Shown here: positions 18,137 through 36,210 of the stretch, in pieces
Layout of the letters: every line of letters begins with the position of its first letter
Numbering within the stretch: the stretch's first letter is position 1
From: the human T2T-CHM13v2.0 reference genome, Homo sapiens
Direction: 5' to 3' (one strand)
DNA: 64,000 nucleotides
NCBI RefSeq assembly: GCF_009914755.1
Contig: NC_060925.1
Translations under genes and position numbers: made by a program
The notes under the pieces: generated by a model
Seen by the model: the letters and a program-made list of their open reading frames with translations, nothing else
Databases searched by the model: none
Told to the model about the DNA's origin: nothing

Positions 18137-19184
18137 GCCCTCAAGTGCTTTAACACTGAGCAGGCCCTGCATAAAGCACCAAACATTTTCAAGGAGTTCC
18201 TGTTTAGTTTTACAACCAGTGCATTTACCCACCCCTTGCCCCTCGGATCACAAAGCAAAGCCTTGCCCTGAGAAGAAGAGATGCTTCATGCCGTTCTATG
18301 GCTTAGACAGCTTCCCTACCTGACCTGTAGATTGTTTAGAACTGTAAGAATAAAATTGTACCGCAGCTGCTTCTCCATTACATATCACACTGGCTGTGAC
18401 ATCTCTGCTTCCAGAAAAATCACTGGCCTTCTATAAACACCTGCTATTATAAGAACCCCCACCATCATGTCATCCTATAAATGAGCCATGCTTTCTTTGC
18501 CTTCAACGTGCTCCAAGTGCGACTTAGGAAAGATTTAAAAATGTATCAAAATGGCCTCACAGGCTCCTAACAACCAAGTACTTTGCAGGTGGTCCTTGCA
18601 AGAGCTAGACATGCTTAAATGTGCAGCAAGAGCTCTGGGAACCACAAGATCAGTAAGAAACTTAAAAATCCATGGTTTAAAAGAGTTCTGATTCTCCTGC
18701 CTTCTAAACTGAGGACACGGGAATTGACTGAAATTGTTCACTTAACAGTTTTCTTTCCCAGCATTAAGGCTGGGGAATCCCGAGCATGGGCTAGACTCCA
18801 CCTTGGATTAAACAGAAAAGGACTAAAGACCATTTTTCTGTTTGGACATGTGTGACAGACAGATATATACAAATTTCCCCTCTCCAAATAAGGAAATTCT
18901 ATGTTCTTCATGGCTTAGCTCAAATATCACCTCTATATAAAACTACTTGGTGCCCCAACTGTTGAAATGAATCATAGTAAGTGAAAAAGCCTTAACATTT
19001 ATGGGTATGGAGCTTATATTCTAGTTTATATGAGTGAGATTTTACTCAAAATGAAGTAGTAAAGGACCTGAGACATAATCATTTCACAGATGAGGAACAA
19101 GGTTCAAAGAAGTTACGTGATTTGCCCTAATCTTATTGCATGATTATAGTCGTGGTAACAGAAATTATTATAAAATGATCATAA

Positions 19185-19435
<251 letters not shown>

Positions 19436-20087
19436 TAATTGTGTTAAGTACTATAAAGAAGTAGTATAAAATGATAGGGTAGTATATAATAGCGGGGGAC
19501 CTGAACTGATTCAGGGACAGAAGTGGTAAGGGATGAGTTTTTGAGGAAATAATATTTTGTCCAGAATTCTGTAGAATAAGTAGGAATTAATTAGGTGAAA
19601 GGATGGAGAATGGCAGAGTAGTGGTAAAGAAGACTCCAGGCAAGAGAGAGACAGACAGACAGACAAAAAGAGACAGAGACACATATGCAGAAGTGCTGAG
19701 TCATAGAGGATCATGGAATGTTCAAAGAAGAGAAAGAAGACCAGTGACTGGAAAGCCAACAGGAAGCGGGAAAGTGACAAGTGATGGAGCTGTAGAGTCA
19801 GGCAGGAGCCACTGCTCTGGGGTTTATCCTTGGCTTCTCCTTCTGATTCATATACAAAAGGTCACTAAATCCTGTGGATTCTGCCTCCTAAATATTTTTC
19901 CATTCTAGTTCCTCCACTTTAACTCCCCTAACACCACCTCAATTTGAGATCATAATAATCTCTTGCCTGGGTTAACTAATCTTCCTGCCTTTAAGTCTTA
20001 TTCCCTCTACTCATCTTCCATAAACATGAGCAGAAGGTCTTTCCAATGGGGAAATAATATCATGTCATTCCTATAAAACTGTGAACT

Positions 20088-23610
<3,523 letters not shown>

Positions 23611-23699
23611 AAAACTGTGAACTATGTATTTTATATTTCTGTTACCTAACAGTCTGGCATAGAGTAAACATTTATAAAAGTGTTTGCTGAACTGAATTG

Positions 23700-24210
23700 C
23701 TTAAAATCATTCAATGGTTCTCCACTGATTACAAGATAAAGTTCAAACTTCTTACAATATGATTTCTTTCTATCTCTTCAGACTTGCTTCATACCACTCT
23801 CCCACATTCCAAACACACCAAACTATTTGCAGATTCTTGACTATGCTGTTTTCTCCATTTTCTTATCCTTTATGCCTTTGCATGTGAAGTTTCCTATACC
23901 AGGCATGACCTTCTCATTTCCTTCTCATGCTAATTCTTGACTCAAATGAGCCCCTACTCTGGGAAGTCTTCCCTCATCTTTTTGGACAGCTAGTTAAGTG
24001 CTTCTTCCTAAGCACTCATTTTTCATCAGTCATATCTCCATTATAGTACTTGACATCAATGTAATTGTCTTCACATTTATCGTTTCCCTTTAGATTGTGA
24101 GTTCCTTGAATAAGGGAGTTATGTATATCTTTTTCATCTCTATATTTTCATCTCAGGCACATGGTAAGGACTTAATAACTGACTGTGTATGGATGAATGA
24201 ATAAATGAAC
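23700..24210 (+). mobile_element. L2 3' relic
   Basis: Ends ATGAATGAATAAATGAA; appears to continue the L2-like sequence at ~19810-20075 split by the L1PA. Confidence 0.6.
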
Positions 24211-24412
24211 ACTAAACTGAATCTTTTACATATTTATATCTACAGTTCACAGAGGATTAAGCATGTTTATAAAATTCCTGATTTGTGATTAAAATAAGCC
24301 AGTAATTAAATAATTTTACTGAGACGGTGAGCAAAGTAACAATAATTTGTATATTTGGTATAATATTGAAACACCAAGATTATTTTCCATAATGTATGTA
24401 TATAGATTTTTA

Positions 24413-24733
24413 AATTATTTATTTATTTATTTATTTGGTGGGGGTACAGGGTCTTGCTTTGTCGCCTAGGCTGGAATGTACTGGCATGATCACGGCTCAC
24501 TGCAACTTCGACCTTCAGGGTCAAGTGATCCTCTCACCTCAGCCTCCCAAGCAGCTGAGACCACAGGCATGCGCCACCAATACCTGGCTAATTATTATTT
24601 TTTTAATGTTTGTAGAGATGAGTCTTGCTATATTGCCTAGGCTGGTCTCAAACTCCTGGTCTCAACTGATCTTCCTGCCTTGGCCTCCCAAAGTGCTGAG
24701 ATTGAAGGTGTGAGCTGAGCCACCATGCCCGGC
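24413..24733 (-). mobile_element. AluJ-like
   Basis: Antisense dimer with (TTTA)n tail. Confidence 0.88.
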
Positions 24734-24824
24734 TCATAATTGATATTTATGCCTGTTATGCTTCTGCCAATTTTTATAACCTATTTTCAAAAATATAAAA
24801 TACAAGCAGTTTTTATCAGCCAAC

Positions 24825-25075
24825 ATTTACTGGATATACTTACTACATGACAGATAGTATTCTAAGTGCTTCCCATGTATTAACTAATTAACTAATTAAA
24901 TGCTCAAAGCAACCCTACAAAGTAGATTCTGTTGTTATTTCCCTGTTTCCGATAAGAAAACTAGGATAAGAGAGATAGAAGAACTTGTCTAAGATCACAC
25001 AACCTGTAAAATGTAAAGTTGGGATCTGAACACAGGTAGTCTGGCTCCAGAGCCTATATTCTTAAGGACTACAAT
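24825..25075 (-). mobile_element. MIR
   Basis: MIR core-like (aaccctacaaagtag...gaagaacttgtctaagatcacac...gtctggctccagagcc). Confidence 0.65.
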
Positions 25076-26578
25076 ATATTAAATATGACTCTGAAGTTTA
25101 AATTTGTATACAAAACTTTGTAAAGGTAATTAGCAAGTGTAATTCTACAAAGACAGAGAGTCCTGCACTAATAACAAGTCAGTAAACTCTGACATTTGCC
25201 TGTTTTCCTGGGCAAATGTTCAAGGTAACTGAAACTGACAAGTGCTGTGATGCTCTCATAGTTGGAATGAAGGTGGGCTCATGAACTCATCTGTACAAGA
25301 AAATGTATCAGGACATGAGTGAATCATCTGCTTAGAGTTCTAAAGGAAAGCACTTCTCAGTGCAGCCCTTTGACACCATTCAAAGCCTTTTGTTTTTCTG
25401 AGTGCAAGAAAGGCTCTAGTAAAGCTTGGGCAATTAAAACCACTTTTCTCATTGCTCTTTTGATTCACCAGGCCCCTAGGCAGGTGTTAATGCATGAAAA
25501 TGATTATCATTTCAGCCAATAGCAGGGAAAAGAAGAGATGTGGTTTATGAAAAGAATATTTTTTCTTATAGTCAGTTAAAAAGGATATGCAAATATATAA
25601 ACTAAGTAACTTCTTTGACTGAGAAAGCTTCCTCTTGAATAAATTTGGTTTTGATGAAACTGCATAGTATAAATTAGACCTTCTCACTTAATTCCTGTCT
25701 CCCGGAAGGCCACAGCAGTATACCAGCAGAAGTAAAGCAGCCACTCTTTCTCTCCTTTTTGTCACTTAGCAAAACAGTAACCAGAACAATTAAAACAATG
25801 AGAGTGACATCTATAAAATAACTAATTTCCTTTCCAGAAAGCCTTTCTCAAAAGCTGGGTAACAACTGCCTAAACAAGAGCACTGGAATGGCTCCATATA
25901 CTATCGATACAAACAGATTAGGAATCAGAATGCTTGAGTTGTAATTCTAGTACCCCTCAATTCCTCTTTGCCTCAGTTTCTTAATTATGCAAATAGACAT
26001 AATACTACTTAGCTGCCTATCAGACTCATGTGAAAGTAATTTGTAAAGAACACATTTCCCAAAGATATCATTCAATAGCAATCCCAACTGGCCACGCCTG
26101 GGGCCTATATAAGTTCACAAGAAGCAGATGGTGCCCAAACACTGGGTGAGGGTGCGAGAGATTGCAAAGTGAGGAGCAGTATTGTTATTTGGGAATACAA
26201 ATGATGCTGCCCCATTACCCTGAGAACTACTTGGTTTGTTTGTATTATAGAGGTCACCCTAAGCTTCTCAGAGCAGCTGAGTAAGCTAGAGGGCCCTTCT
26301 TGCGGCCATCTGCTCCCCTCCCAGACTCCTCTGGCAAATCAAGTGGTTTTCCCTGTATTAACCTCCGAAGAACAGCCATTGGCCCCCCTCAGCACCAGCT
26401 TCAGCAGCCAGTGGTCTCTGTTCTCCATCTGTACCAGAAACCACAGTTCAAGAACAATGAGGCTTCCGAAGCCCAGGTATTCACTTACAGCGATAACCTT
26501 GCATTTACCTAGTTTTCTAGTGTTCTTTCACTTGTGCCCCTACAAGGAAATTAGATGTGTATTTTAAAAGACTGAGAT

Positions 26579-28783
26579 CTTCGGCTCGCCGCAACCTCCC
26601 TGCCTTGGGCTCCGGTGATTCTCCTGCCTTGGCCTGCCGAGTGCCTGGGATGCCAGGCACGCGCCGCCACTCCTGACTGGTTTTTGTATTTTTGGTGGAG
26701 ACGGGGTTTCACCGTGTTGACCAGGCTGGTCTCCAGCTCCTGGCCTCGGGTGATCTCCCCGCCTCAGCCTCCCGAGGTGCTGGGATTGCAGACGGAGTCT
26801 CGCTCACTCATGCTCAATGTTGCCCAGGCTGGAGTGCAGTGGCATGATCTCGGCTCGCTACAACCTCCACCTCCCAGCCGCCTGCCTTGGCCTCCCAAAG
26901 TGCTAAGATTACAGCCTCTGCCTGCCTGCCACCCCGTCTAGGAAGTGAGCAGCGTCTCTGCCCGGCCGCCCATCGTCTGGGATGTGAGGTGTGCCTCTGC
27001 CCGGCCGCCCCGTCTGGGAAGTGAGGAGCGCCTCTGCCCGGCCGCCCCGAATGGGAAGTGAGGAGCGCCTCTGCCTGGCCGCCCCGTCTGGGATGAAGTG
27101 AGGAGCGCCTCTGCCCGGCTGCCCCGAATGGGAAGTGAGGAGTGCCTCTGCCTGGCCGCCCCCTCTGGGAAGTGAGGAGCGCCTCTGCCCGGCCGCCCTG
27201 TCTGGGAGGAAGTGAGGAGCACCTCTGCCCAGCTGCCCCGAATGGGAAGTGAGGAGTGCCTCTGCCTGGCTGCCCCCGTCGGGGAAGTGAGGAGCACCTC
27301 TGCCCCGCCGCCACCCCATCTAGGAAGTGAGGAGTGTCTCTGCCTGGCTGCCCATTGTCTGGGATGTGAGGAGAGCCTCTGCCCGGCCGCCCCGTCTGGG
27401 ATGTGAGGAGCGCCTCTGCCTGGCCGCCCCATCTGAGAAGTGAGGAGCACCTCTGCCTGGCCGCCCCGTCTGGGAGGAAGTGAGGAGCGCCTCTGCCCAG
27501 TTGCCCCAAATGGGAAGTGAGGAGCGCCTCTGCCCGGTTGCCCCGAATGGGAAGTGAGGAGCGCCTCTGCCCGGCCGCCCCGTCTGGGAGGTGAGGAGCG
27601 CCTCTGCCCGGCCGCCCCGTCTGGGAGGTGAGGAGCGCCTCTGCACGGCCGCCCCGTCTGGGAGGTGAGGAGCGCCTCTGTCCGGCTGCCCCGTCTGGGA
27701 GGTGAGGGGCGTCTCTGCCCGGCCGCCCCGTCGGGGAAGTGGGCGCCTCTGCCCGGCCGCCCCCTCTGGGAGGTGAGGGGCGTCTCTGCCCGGCCGCCCT
27801 GTCTGGGAGGTGAGGAGCACCTCTGCCCCGCCCCCTCTGGGAGGTGGGGAGCGCCTCTGCCTGGCCGCCCATCGTCTGGGAGGTGGGGAGCGCCTCTGCC
27901 CGGCTGCCCCGTCTGGGATGTGGGGAGCGCCTCTGCCCGGCCACCCCATCTGGGAAGTGAGGAGCGCCTCTGCCCGGCCGCCCCATCTGGGATATGAGGA
28001 GCGCCTCTGCCCGGCCGCCCTGTCTGGGAAGTGGGGGGCGCCTCTGCCCGGCCGCTCTTACTCTGGGAGGTGGGGAGCGCCTCTGCCCGGCCGCCCATCA
28101 TCTGGGATGTGAGGAGCGCCTCTGCCCAGCTGCCACCCTGTCTGGGAAGTGAGGTGCCTCTGCCCGGCCGCCCCGTCTGGGAAGTGAGGCGCGCCTCTGC
28201 CCGGCCGCCCCGTCTGGGAAGTGAGGAGCGCCTCCGCCAGGCTGCCCCATCTGGGAAGTGTATCCAACAGCTCCAAAGAGACAGCGACCATCAAGAATGG
28301 GCCATGATGACTATGGCGGTTTTGTCGAAAAGAAAAGGGGGAAATGTGGGGAAAAGAAAGAGAGATCAGATTGTTACTGTGTCTGTGTAGAAAGAAGTAG
28401 ACATAGGAGACTCCATTTTGTTCTGTACTAAGAAAAATTCTTCTGCCTTGGGATGCTGTTAATCTATAACCTTACCCCCAACCCCCTGCTCTCTGAAACA
28501 TGTGCGTGTCAACTCAGGGTTAAATAGATTAAGGGTGGTGCAAGATGTGCTTTGTTAAACAGATACTTGAAGACAGCATACTCGTTAAGAGTCATCACCA
28601 CTCCCTAATCTCAAGTACCCAGGGACACAAACAGGGCCGAAGGCCACAGGAACCTCTGCCTAGGAAAACCAGAGACCTTTGTTCTCGTGTTTATCTGCTG
28701 ACCTTCTCTCCCTATTATCCTATGACCCTGCCACATCCCCCTCTCTGAGAAACACCCAAGAATGATCAATAAATACTAAAAAA
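26579..28783 (+). mobile_element. SVA_A-like, 5'-truncated, long VNTR
   Basis: Starts inside the Alu-like domain (no hexamers); VNTR ~26913-28260; SINE-R with old-type CCAAAGAGACAGCGAC segment and AATAAATACT end; 13-bp TSD AAAAGACTGAGAT (26566-26578, 28784-28796). Confidence 0.95.
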
Positions 28784-28918
28784 AAAAGACTGAGATGTTA
28801 TTTTCGTTATTTTGGAAACATTTCGTGTATAAAAAAGGTAAAATGAGAGGCATTTGTCTGGAAAATTCATTAAAAAATCTAACATGCATAAAACAATTAC
28901 TTTAAAAATAGTGATTTA

Positions 28919-29286
<368 letters not shown>

Positions 29287-29342
29287 TCACATCATGGTGG
29301 ATAACCATTCTATTCAGAACTGCAGATCAGATGCCTCCTTTT

Positions 29343-29661
29343 CTTTCTTTCTTTTCTTTTCTTATTTTTTTGAGACAGGGTCTTGCTATGTCACCTACGC
29401 TGGAGTGCAGTAGCACAATCACAGCTTACTGCAGCCTTGATCTCCCTGGCTTGGCTTAAGCGATCCTCCCATCTTAGCCTCCCAAGTAGCTGGGACCACA
29501 GGCATGCATTACCATGTCCAGCTAATGTTTTATTTTTTGTAGAGATGGGATCTCACTATATTGTCCAGGCTGGCCTTGAACTCCTGAACTCAAGGGATCC
29601 TCCTGCCTCGGCCTCCCAAAGGGTTGGGATTAATTACATGTGTGAGCCACTGTGCTGAGTC
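29343..29661 (-). mobile_element. AluJ-like
   Basis: TSD CAGATGCCTCCTTTT. Confidence 0.9.
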
Positions 29662-31025
29662 CAGATGCCTCCTTTTCAGCTCACAGATTTGAACATAGAT
29701 TGGGAAAAATAAATCACCCTCCTCAAGCATTTCTTTGGAGAAATAATGTGCACACATACAAGGTACATATGTTGCCAAAATGGTAGTTAGAGGCTAATGT
29801 CTACCACCTGACTTATTGATTCAAACAGAGAAAAGGGCAACATATAATTGTAAACTGATTTTAGAAATTATTCTGTTCCATTATATCAATGTTGGGAGGA
29901 CAGTGGGGGAGGGGAAGAATAAAAAGTAAACAATAAACTTCTTTCAAAAGGAAGAGGACATAGGTAGCTATTTTTGACCAACCACAGTATTGCATGATCA
30001 ATGGTTTATTTTTGAGAGCCTTCGAAATAGTTTTCAGATTTATTTTAAAGTATTAAAAAATTAGTCATACCCTTTTCCAGGAGGAAAGAGATTTCCTGGC
30101 TACTTCTCTTGAGACTGAGAAGCCTTCTTCTGTGAGTTATATTCTGTGCACTGAATCAAGTCATCAGAATATACTGAAATTATATTTAAATGTGTTTTAT
30201 ATATAATATATATTACATATAATGATCTTATAATAGTGTCTGGCATACTGTAAGCATTCAAAAAATATTATTATGTTAATGTTCTGCCTATAATTCCAGC
30301 TAGCTCCTTTATTCAAATACTTAAAAAACTCATTTCAAGCAGAGTCAAACCTCAAATAATCTAATGAAAAATGCCTATGCATAAATATCATAAAAACTAT
30401 AATCAAATTCTCATAGTAATCAAAAGACTAATTTTCAGGTGATCTTAATCCTCATCTTTTAAAAACTCCATGATATTTTATTTCCAACATGGCCTTTTTA
30501 ATATGGAGATGAATGCATATTTCCCATTACATGCTTTATTTAAAGATTTCATATCCTAGTAAGAATGCCATTCCAAACATTTACAGCATTTTGGTCAAGG
30601 CCGTATATCACCCTCTAGCTCTAGTCTTTTGTTCCATCTTGCAACTTGACCTGTATGGGGCAGCAAGAATGTCAAAACAAATTCAGTTAGGACAATGCTT
30701 ATCATTTTGTTTAGGAACTGGAGCAAAACCATTTTTCCACATTCTACAGTAACCTGATTCCATATAAACACCAAGGCAGAAGATATTCATTCTCATTAAG
30801 TCTTTATTCAGGGTTGTATATACATTCACATCACCCATGGGATTTAAGGAACAGTTCTTCATAGGAAAAACCTCTAGTGTCAGCAACTCTAGTGAATCAA
30901 AATTATATTACTGTACAACCCCATTAATTGGCCAGCATCTCCTTGTGTTCTTATATAGCTTTTAACTCCTTTGCTGCTCTAACCCAAAGGCAGGGAACAA
31001 AATTGCTAAAAAGAAGGTTATTCCT

Positions 31026-31332
<307 letters not shown>

Positions 31333-31407
31333 TCACATATACTACTTCTTCAGAAAGATTCCCTGAACATCTTTTGAATACCTAAACTGTCAATTGTGTA
31401 TTTATGA

Positions 31408-31736
<329 letters not shown>

Positions 31737-32999
31737 TAAACAATGTTTAAATTCGTTTATAAAACAGTCATATTCTGAGCTGAAGCTCAATTTACCCTGG
31801 TCTGTTCTCAGAATTAAAGCAGACTATAGCTCAGAAAGTATACAGACATCAAGAAAAAGAAAAGCCTTCTTCTGTGAGTTATAAAAATCAAACTCACTGG
31901 GGGAGTCTGTAGGATAAACAAAAAGTCTAGAGGAAGCCTTCTCCCATCTAATTCAGGTCTAGATTCAAGAGTTCATCTATAGTTCATGAAGAGGCTTTCA
32001 AGACTAAGAATGCTGGTGAAGAAGAGAGCTCTGGGATGTTTTTGCAGAAATGAATATGCAGAGTCCTGGAGGGTGAATGAAAATACTCTTACCTTCAAGG
32101 CAGCTGAAAGATAAAAATCTAAAGAATTCATGTAGATCAAGAGCCAAGTAAGTTTCTTTCGCTCAAAAGTCTTGGACCACACAGTAGAATCCTATTCCCT
32201 GTGCCAAAATATTATGCCAGGTAAAGCATTTTCTCATGCAAAATCGACAAGAAAAAGAAAAATAACCAAGCAAGTCTCTACGGAAATAGTGCTAAAATTT
32301 AATAATCATTTGAGAGAATGAATGCTGAAAGGGATAAATCTCTGATCAGCAAGTTAGGACTCATATTTTTTATGGTGGCCACAGAGAGCTCTTTATCTTA
32401 ATTTCTGTACCCTGATGGAGAAAAACATTGACTTTTAAGCTCAGGATGAATGTAATATTCCAACAGCAATCCCAAGATATCGATTTGGTGACTGACTGAT
32501 TGATTCATTTACTCATTCATCAAACATTTAAGCCCTTACAGTACAGTACCCTTTAAGCTGGGTATACAGGATACTAAGATGAGAAGGAATGTTGTCTAGT
32601 GGGAGAGACAGACAAGTAAACATTTATAATTGAGGAAGTAAATGTTATAGCAAAACTCAGCAAGTGGTAGAACAAAGCAGGAACACTTGTCCAAGTCTAG
32701 GGGGCTCAGGAAAAACTTCCAGGCAGAAGCGACATTTGAGTTAAACCTTGAAATGTGAGTAGGAAGGAGGCAGATAGGTGCTAAGATCTGCATTATTTGA
32801 CATGCAATATGAGAATGGCTACAGAGTAAGTTAAAAACACAAAGGTGAACCAACTAATCCAGACTGAAGAGGGGGCCAGGAAAGGTTCTCCAGAAGTGGG
32901 TAAAGGAGGCAGACTGTTATACATAGAAACAAAACAGCAGTGGGAAGGCCTGGCAACAAGAAATATAGTACAGTATGTGATGCAACGGAATACACTGAG

Positions 33000-33507
33000 T
33001 GTATTAGTTTCCTATCGCTGCTGTAACAAATTACCACAAATTTGGTGGATTAAAATAACACAAATGTATTATTTTACAGTTCTGGAAGTCAGAAGTCCAA
33101 AATGGGTCTCAATGGGCTAAAATCAAAGTGTTGGCAGGGCTGCATTCCTTCTGGAGGCTCTAGGGGAAAATCTGTTTCCTTGCCTTTCCAGCTTCTGGAG
33201 GTTGCCTGTATTCCTTGGCTCATAGCCCCTTCCTCCACCTTCAATGCCAGCAATGGCTGTATCTTACGCTGTATCAATCTGACATTGAATCTCTTTCACT
33301 GCTTTCCTCTTTCACTTATAAGGATGTATGTGGTTGCATTGGGCCTGCCCAGATAATCCGGGTAAATATCTCTGTATCAAAGTCAGCTAATTAGTAAATT
33401 TATTCTCCCTGCAACCTTAATTCCCTCTTGCCATGTAATACAACATATTCATAGGTTCTGATGGCTTGTATGCTGACATCTTTGGAGAACTAGTATTCTG
33501 CCTAACA
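33000..33507 (-). mobile_element. MLT1 (MaLR) solo LTR
   Basis: TGTATTAGTTTCCTAT.GCTGCTGTAACAAATTACCACAAA ... TATTCTGCCTAACA termini. Confidence 0.85.
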
Positions 33508-33564
33508 TAATGATTGAAATTGCACATGCTGGAGTCATACTGCCTGGGTTCATATTACAGGATT

Positions 33565-33880
33565 TTTTTAAAGCTGATTTATTAAGGTATAATTGACACA
33601 CCATAATTGCACATATTTAAAGGGTACAATTTGTTAAGTTTTGACACATGTATGCACTCACGAAACTATCTTCACAAACAAGACAGTGAACCTATCTATC
33701 ACCCCCAAATCTATCTTCATGGCCCTGGCTCCCTGTTCCCCATTCCAGACAACAACTGATCTGTCACTATACATTAATTTTCATTTCTCAGAATTTTACA
33801 TAAATGAAGCCACACAGTATGTAGTTATGCTTCTTTTACCCAGCATAGTTATTTTGAGATTCATCATGTTCTGCCATCTT
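33565..33880 (-). mobile_element. L1M 3' end nested in a MIR
   Basis: tttattaaggtataattgac...aagttttgacacatg, L1M 3' UTR in antisense; MIR halves on either side. Confidence 0.65.
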
Positions 33881-34930
33881 TATAATTAGTTTTGTGATCT
33901 TCAGCAGGTTACATAACTTGTCTGTACCTGAAGTACAAATAAGTATACTTATCTGTAAAATGGAATAATAATAGTAACTACTTTATTTCATTGTAGTGAG
34001 AAATCAATGAGTTAATATGTATGTAGGTAAAGGGAAACTGTTTTATATGAGATTTTGACTTTTGATTCAATTTCTAACTATGTTCCCCTGAAAATCTGAT
34101 AAAGGTAAAATGTCGGCTATGTTCCTGAACAACTTTATGATTAAAAATGACTCCTGATTGGTAAGAACTGGAAGACTTATAAATACCTAGTTGGAAGCCA
34201 AATCTGTGGGCTTCCCTAAGTGTAGTAACTCTTGTAATTTAGCATGACCCTTAAGGGGACTCTGACTACTATGCCTATGGAATTGCTACAAGAGATACTA
34301 GCTCCTGGGGAATGTGAGGATTTATACACAGGACAACTCATAAATCTATCCAATGTGGATCTCATTCCTTTGTACCAGAGCATCACCCAGGGAAACGAAG
34401 GCAAAGAGTAGCTCATGGACAACTGTGTAGACAGTTCTATGAAGTGCTACAAGGTCTCACTGAAAATGAATGTCTTGCTAGCAAGCTTTGGCTCCTGTCC
34501 TATGTACTTTTGAGTAGACTGATGTCAAGTGTGGCCTATTATAGGCTTGCGAGTCTGAATGCTTAATTGATTCTAAGAAGACAACCCTCGTAGATGTGGA
34601 AAACTGTAAAGCTCTTAAAAAGTGCTGCTACATGATAGGTGTTAAGTGTTAGCTATTTTTTATTACATATAAACTGCTTAGAGTAATGACGGGCACAATT
34701 CTAACACTTGTTGAAAAAATATTGCTATGATTAGTAGTATCAACACCCACCTCTATCACCAGCACTGTAATGTGGTTTATACATGGAATTATAAATGGTC
34801 CTATATGGCTGAAGGTTAGATTATAAAAAAGAGAATGGCAGAGATGATATTGAAGAGGTAGGGAGGGATGAGATTATAAAGGAAACAGGTAAAGAATTTT
34901 CATTCTGAAGACAAGGAAGAGCCATTTAAA

Positions 34931-35067
34931 TTTTATTTATTTATTTTTTAGAGACAGGGTCTTGCTGTGTTGCCTAGGCTGGCCTCAAACTCCTGGGCTC
35001 AAGCAATCCTCCCACCTCAGCCTCCTAAGTAACTGGGACTGCAGGTACATGCCAATGCACCAGGCTA
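34931..35067 (-). mobile_element. Alu monomer
   Basis: Single-arm antisense Alu within L2-like sequence. Confidence 0.8.
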
Positions 35068-35859
35068 AAAGGTTATTTTAAATAAGGAAATGTCATGATC
35101 AGATCTATGTTTTAGAAAGATCATTCTTTTAGAAGTGTGGAGAATGGATTGAAAGAGAGAAACTGGAACAGAAGCAGAAAGATTAGTTAGGAGGCTGTCA
35201 TGATTATCTACAGAAGATAAAATGATGGTAAGAATTAAGATAGCTTAAAATATGTCAATGATTGCTTTTTGCTGGTAATACCCAAAAGAATAACTCCAAA
35301 AATCTAGGCACCAGACCTATATTTCCAACTGCCTGCTGGACATCCCCTCAAGAAGTCACTTCAAACTCAATTTGTCCCAAACTGAACTCATCATCTTTCT
35401 CCTAAAAATTATGCTCCTCCTGATTTCCCAGAATCTGTTAAAGAAACCATCCTGATCACTTAATGTTGAACCTTGCTTAGTCTAATGTTCTACAACTTCT
35501 ACTTTTCCTCACCTTCCACATATGTAGTTTATAAGTTCTCCCAAAATGATTTTAGAAACTATCTGTTCATTCACTTGGCCAACCATTCAAGCAAACAATC
35601 AAACAACATCTTTTGAACAATGTGCTAAATTTGAGCAGTGACAATACATAATTAAACACAATCCTTAAATATAATGTGCAAGTCCAAAATCAAGAAAGTT
35701 CAGGGGATCATGTGATGTCAGCTTCATGGAAGAAATCAACCTAAATAACTATCCTTCGGCATGGAAGGTTGGGGAGAAGATCATTCATGGGGGAAAAAAG
35801 CACCACAAGCATTATAAGGAGAGTAACTAGTTTGCCTGGTACAAAGTGGGCTTATGTCT

Positions 35860-36135
35860 ACTGTCTCAATATAATTGTAAAGAAGCTAGTATGGTTATAT
35901 TAATATAAAATAAAATAAATTGTAAGACAAGGAATGTATACCAGAGATGAAGGACATTTTATAATGATAAAAAGGATCAATAGGAAGAAAATAATTATCA
36001 TAAATGCACATGTATTTAATAACAGAGCTTCAAAATACATGAAGCAAAAACTAACAGAATTAAAGAAGACACGGGTAAATTCGCTATTTTAGTGGAGACT
36101 TCAATACTTCCTTTTTCAATAATTGATAGAAAAAA
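35860..36135 (+). mobile_element. Ancient L1M ORF2 endonuclease fragment
   Basis: aataacagagcttcaaaatacatgaagcaaaaact...ggagacttcaatac (GDFN region). Confidence 0.7.
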
Positions 36136-36210
36136 TAATATATAGTTCTGCTTTTTCAAATGACAGCTGGTCAAGTCTTGCACACAGCATGTTTGTACTC
36201 TGTATCTTTT

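Noticed and set aside
25100-26565. Repeat-poor stretch as a possible enhancer or extra exon
   Set aside because: No recognisable coding frame, CpG island or motif cluster; cannot be supported without conservation or chromatin data.
26814-28101. Long Arg/Gly/Pro-rich ORFs (387-390 aa) on the minus strand
   Set aside because: Antisense reading of the GC-rich SVA VNTR, open in several frames because stops are rare; no gene-like features.
26913-28260. Regular ~40-nt repeats superficially like a CRISPR array
   Set aside because: No unique spacers; it is the SVA VNTR in primate DNA.
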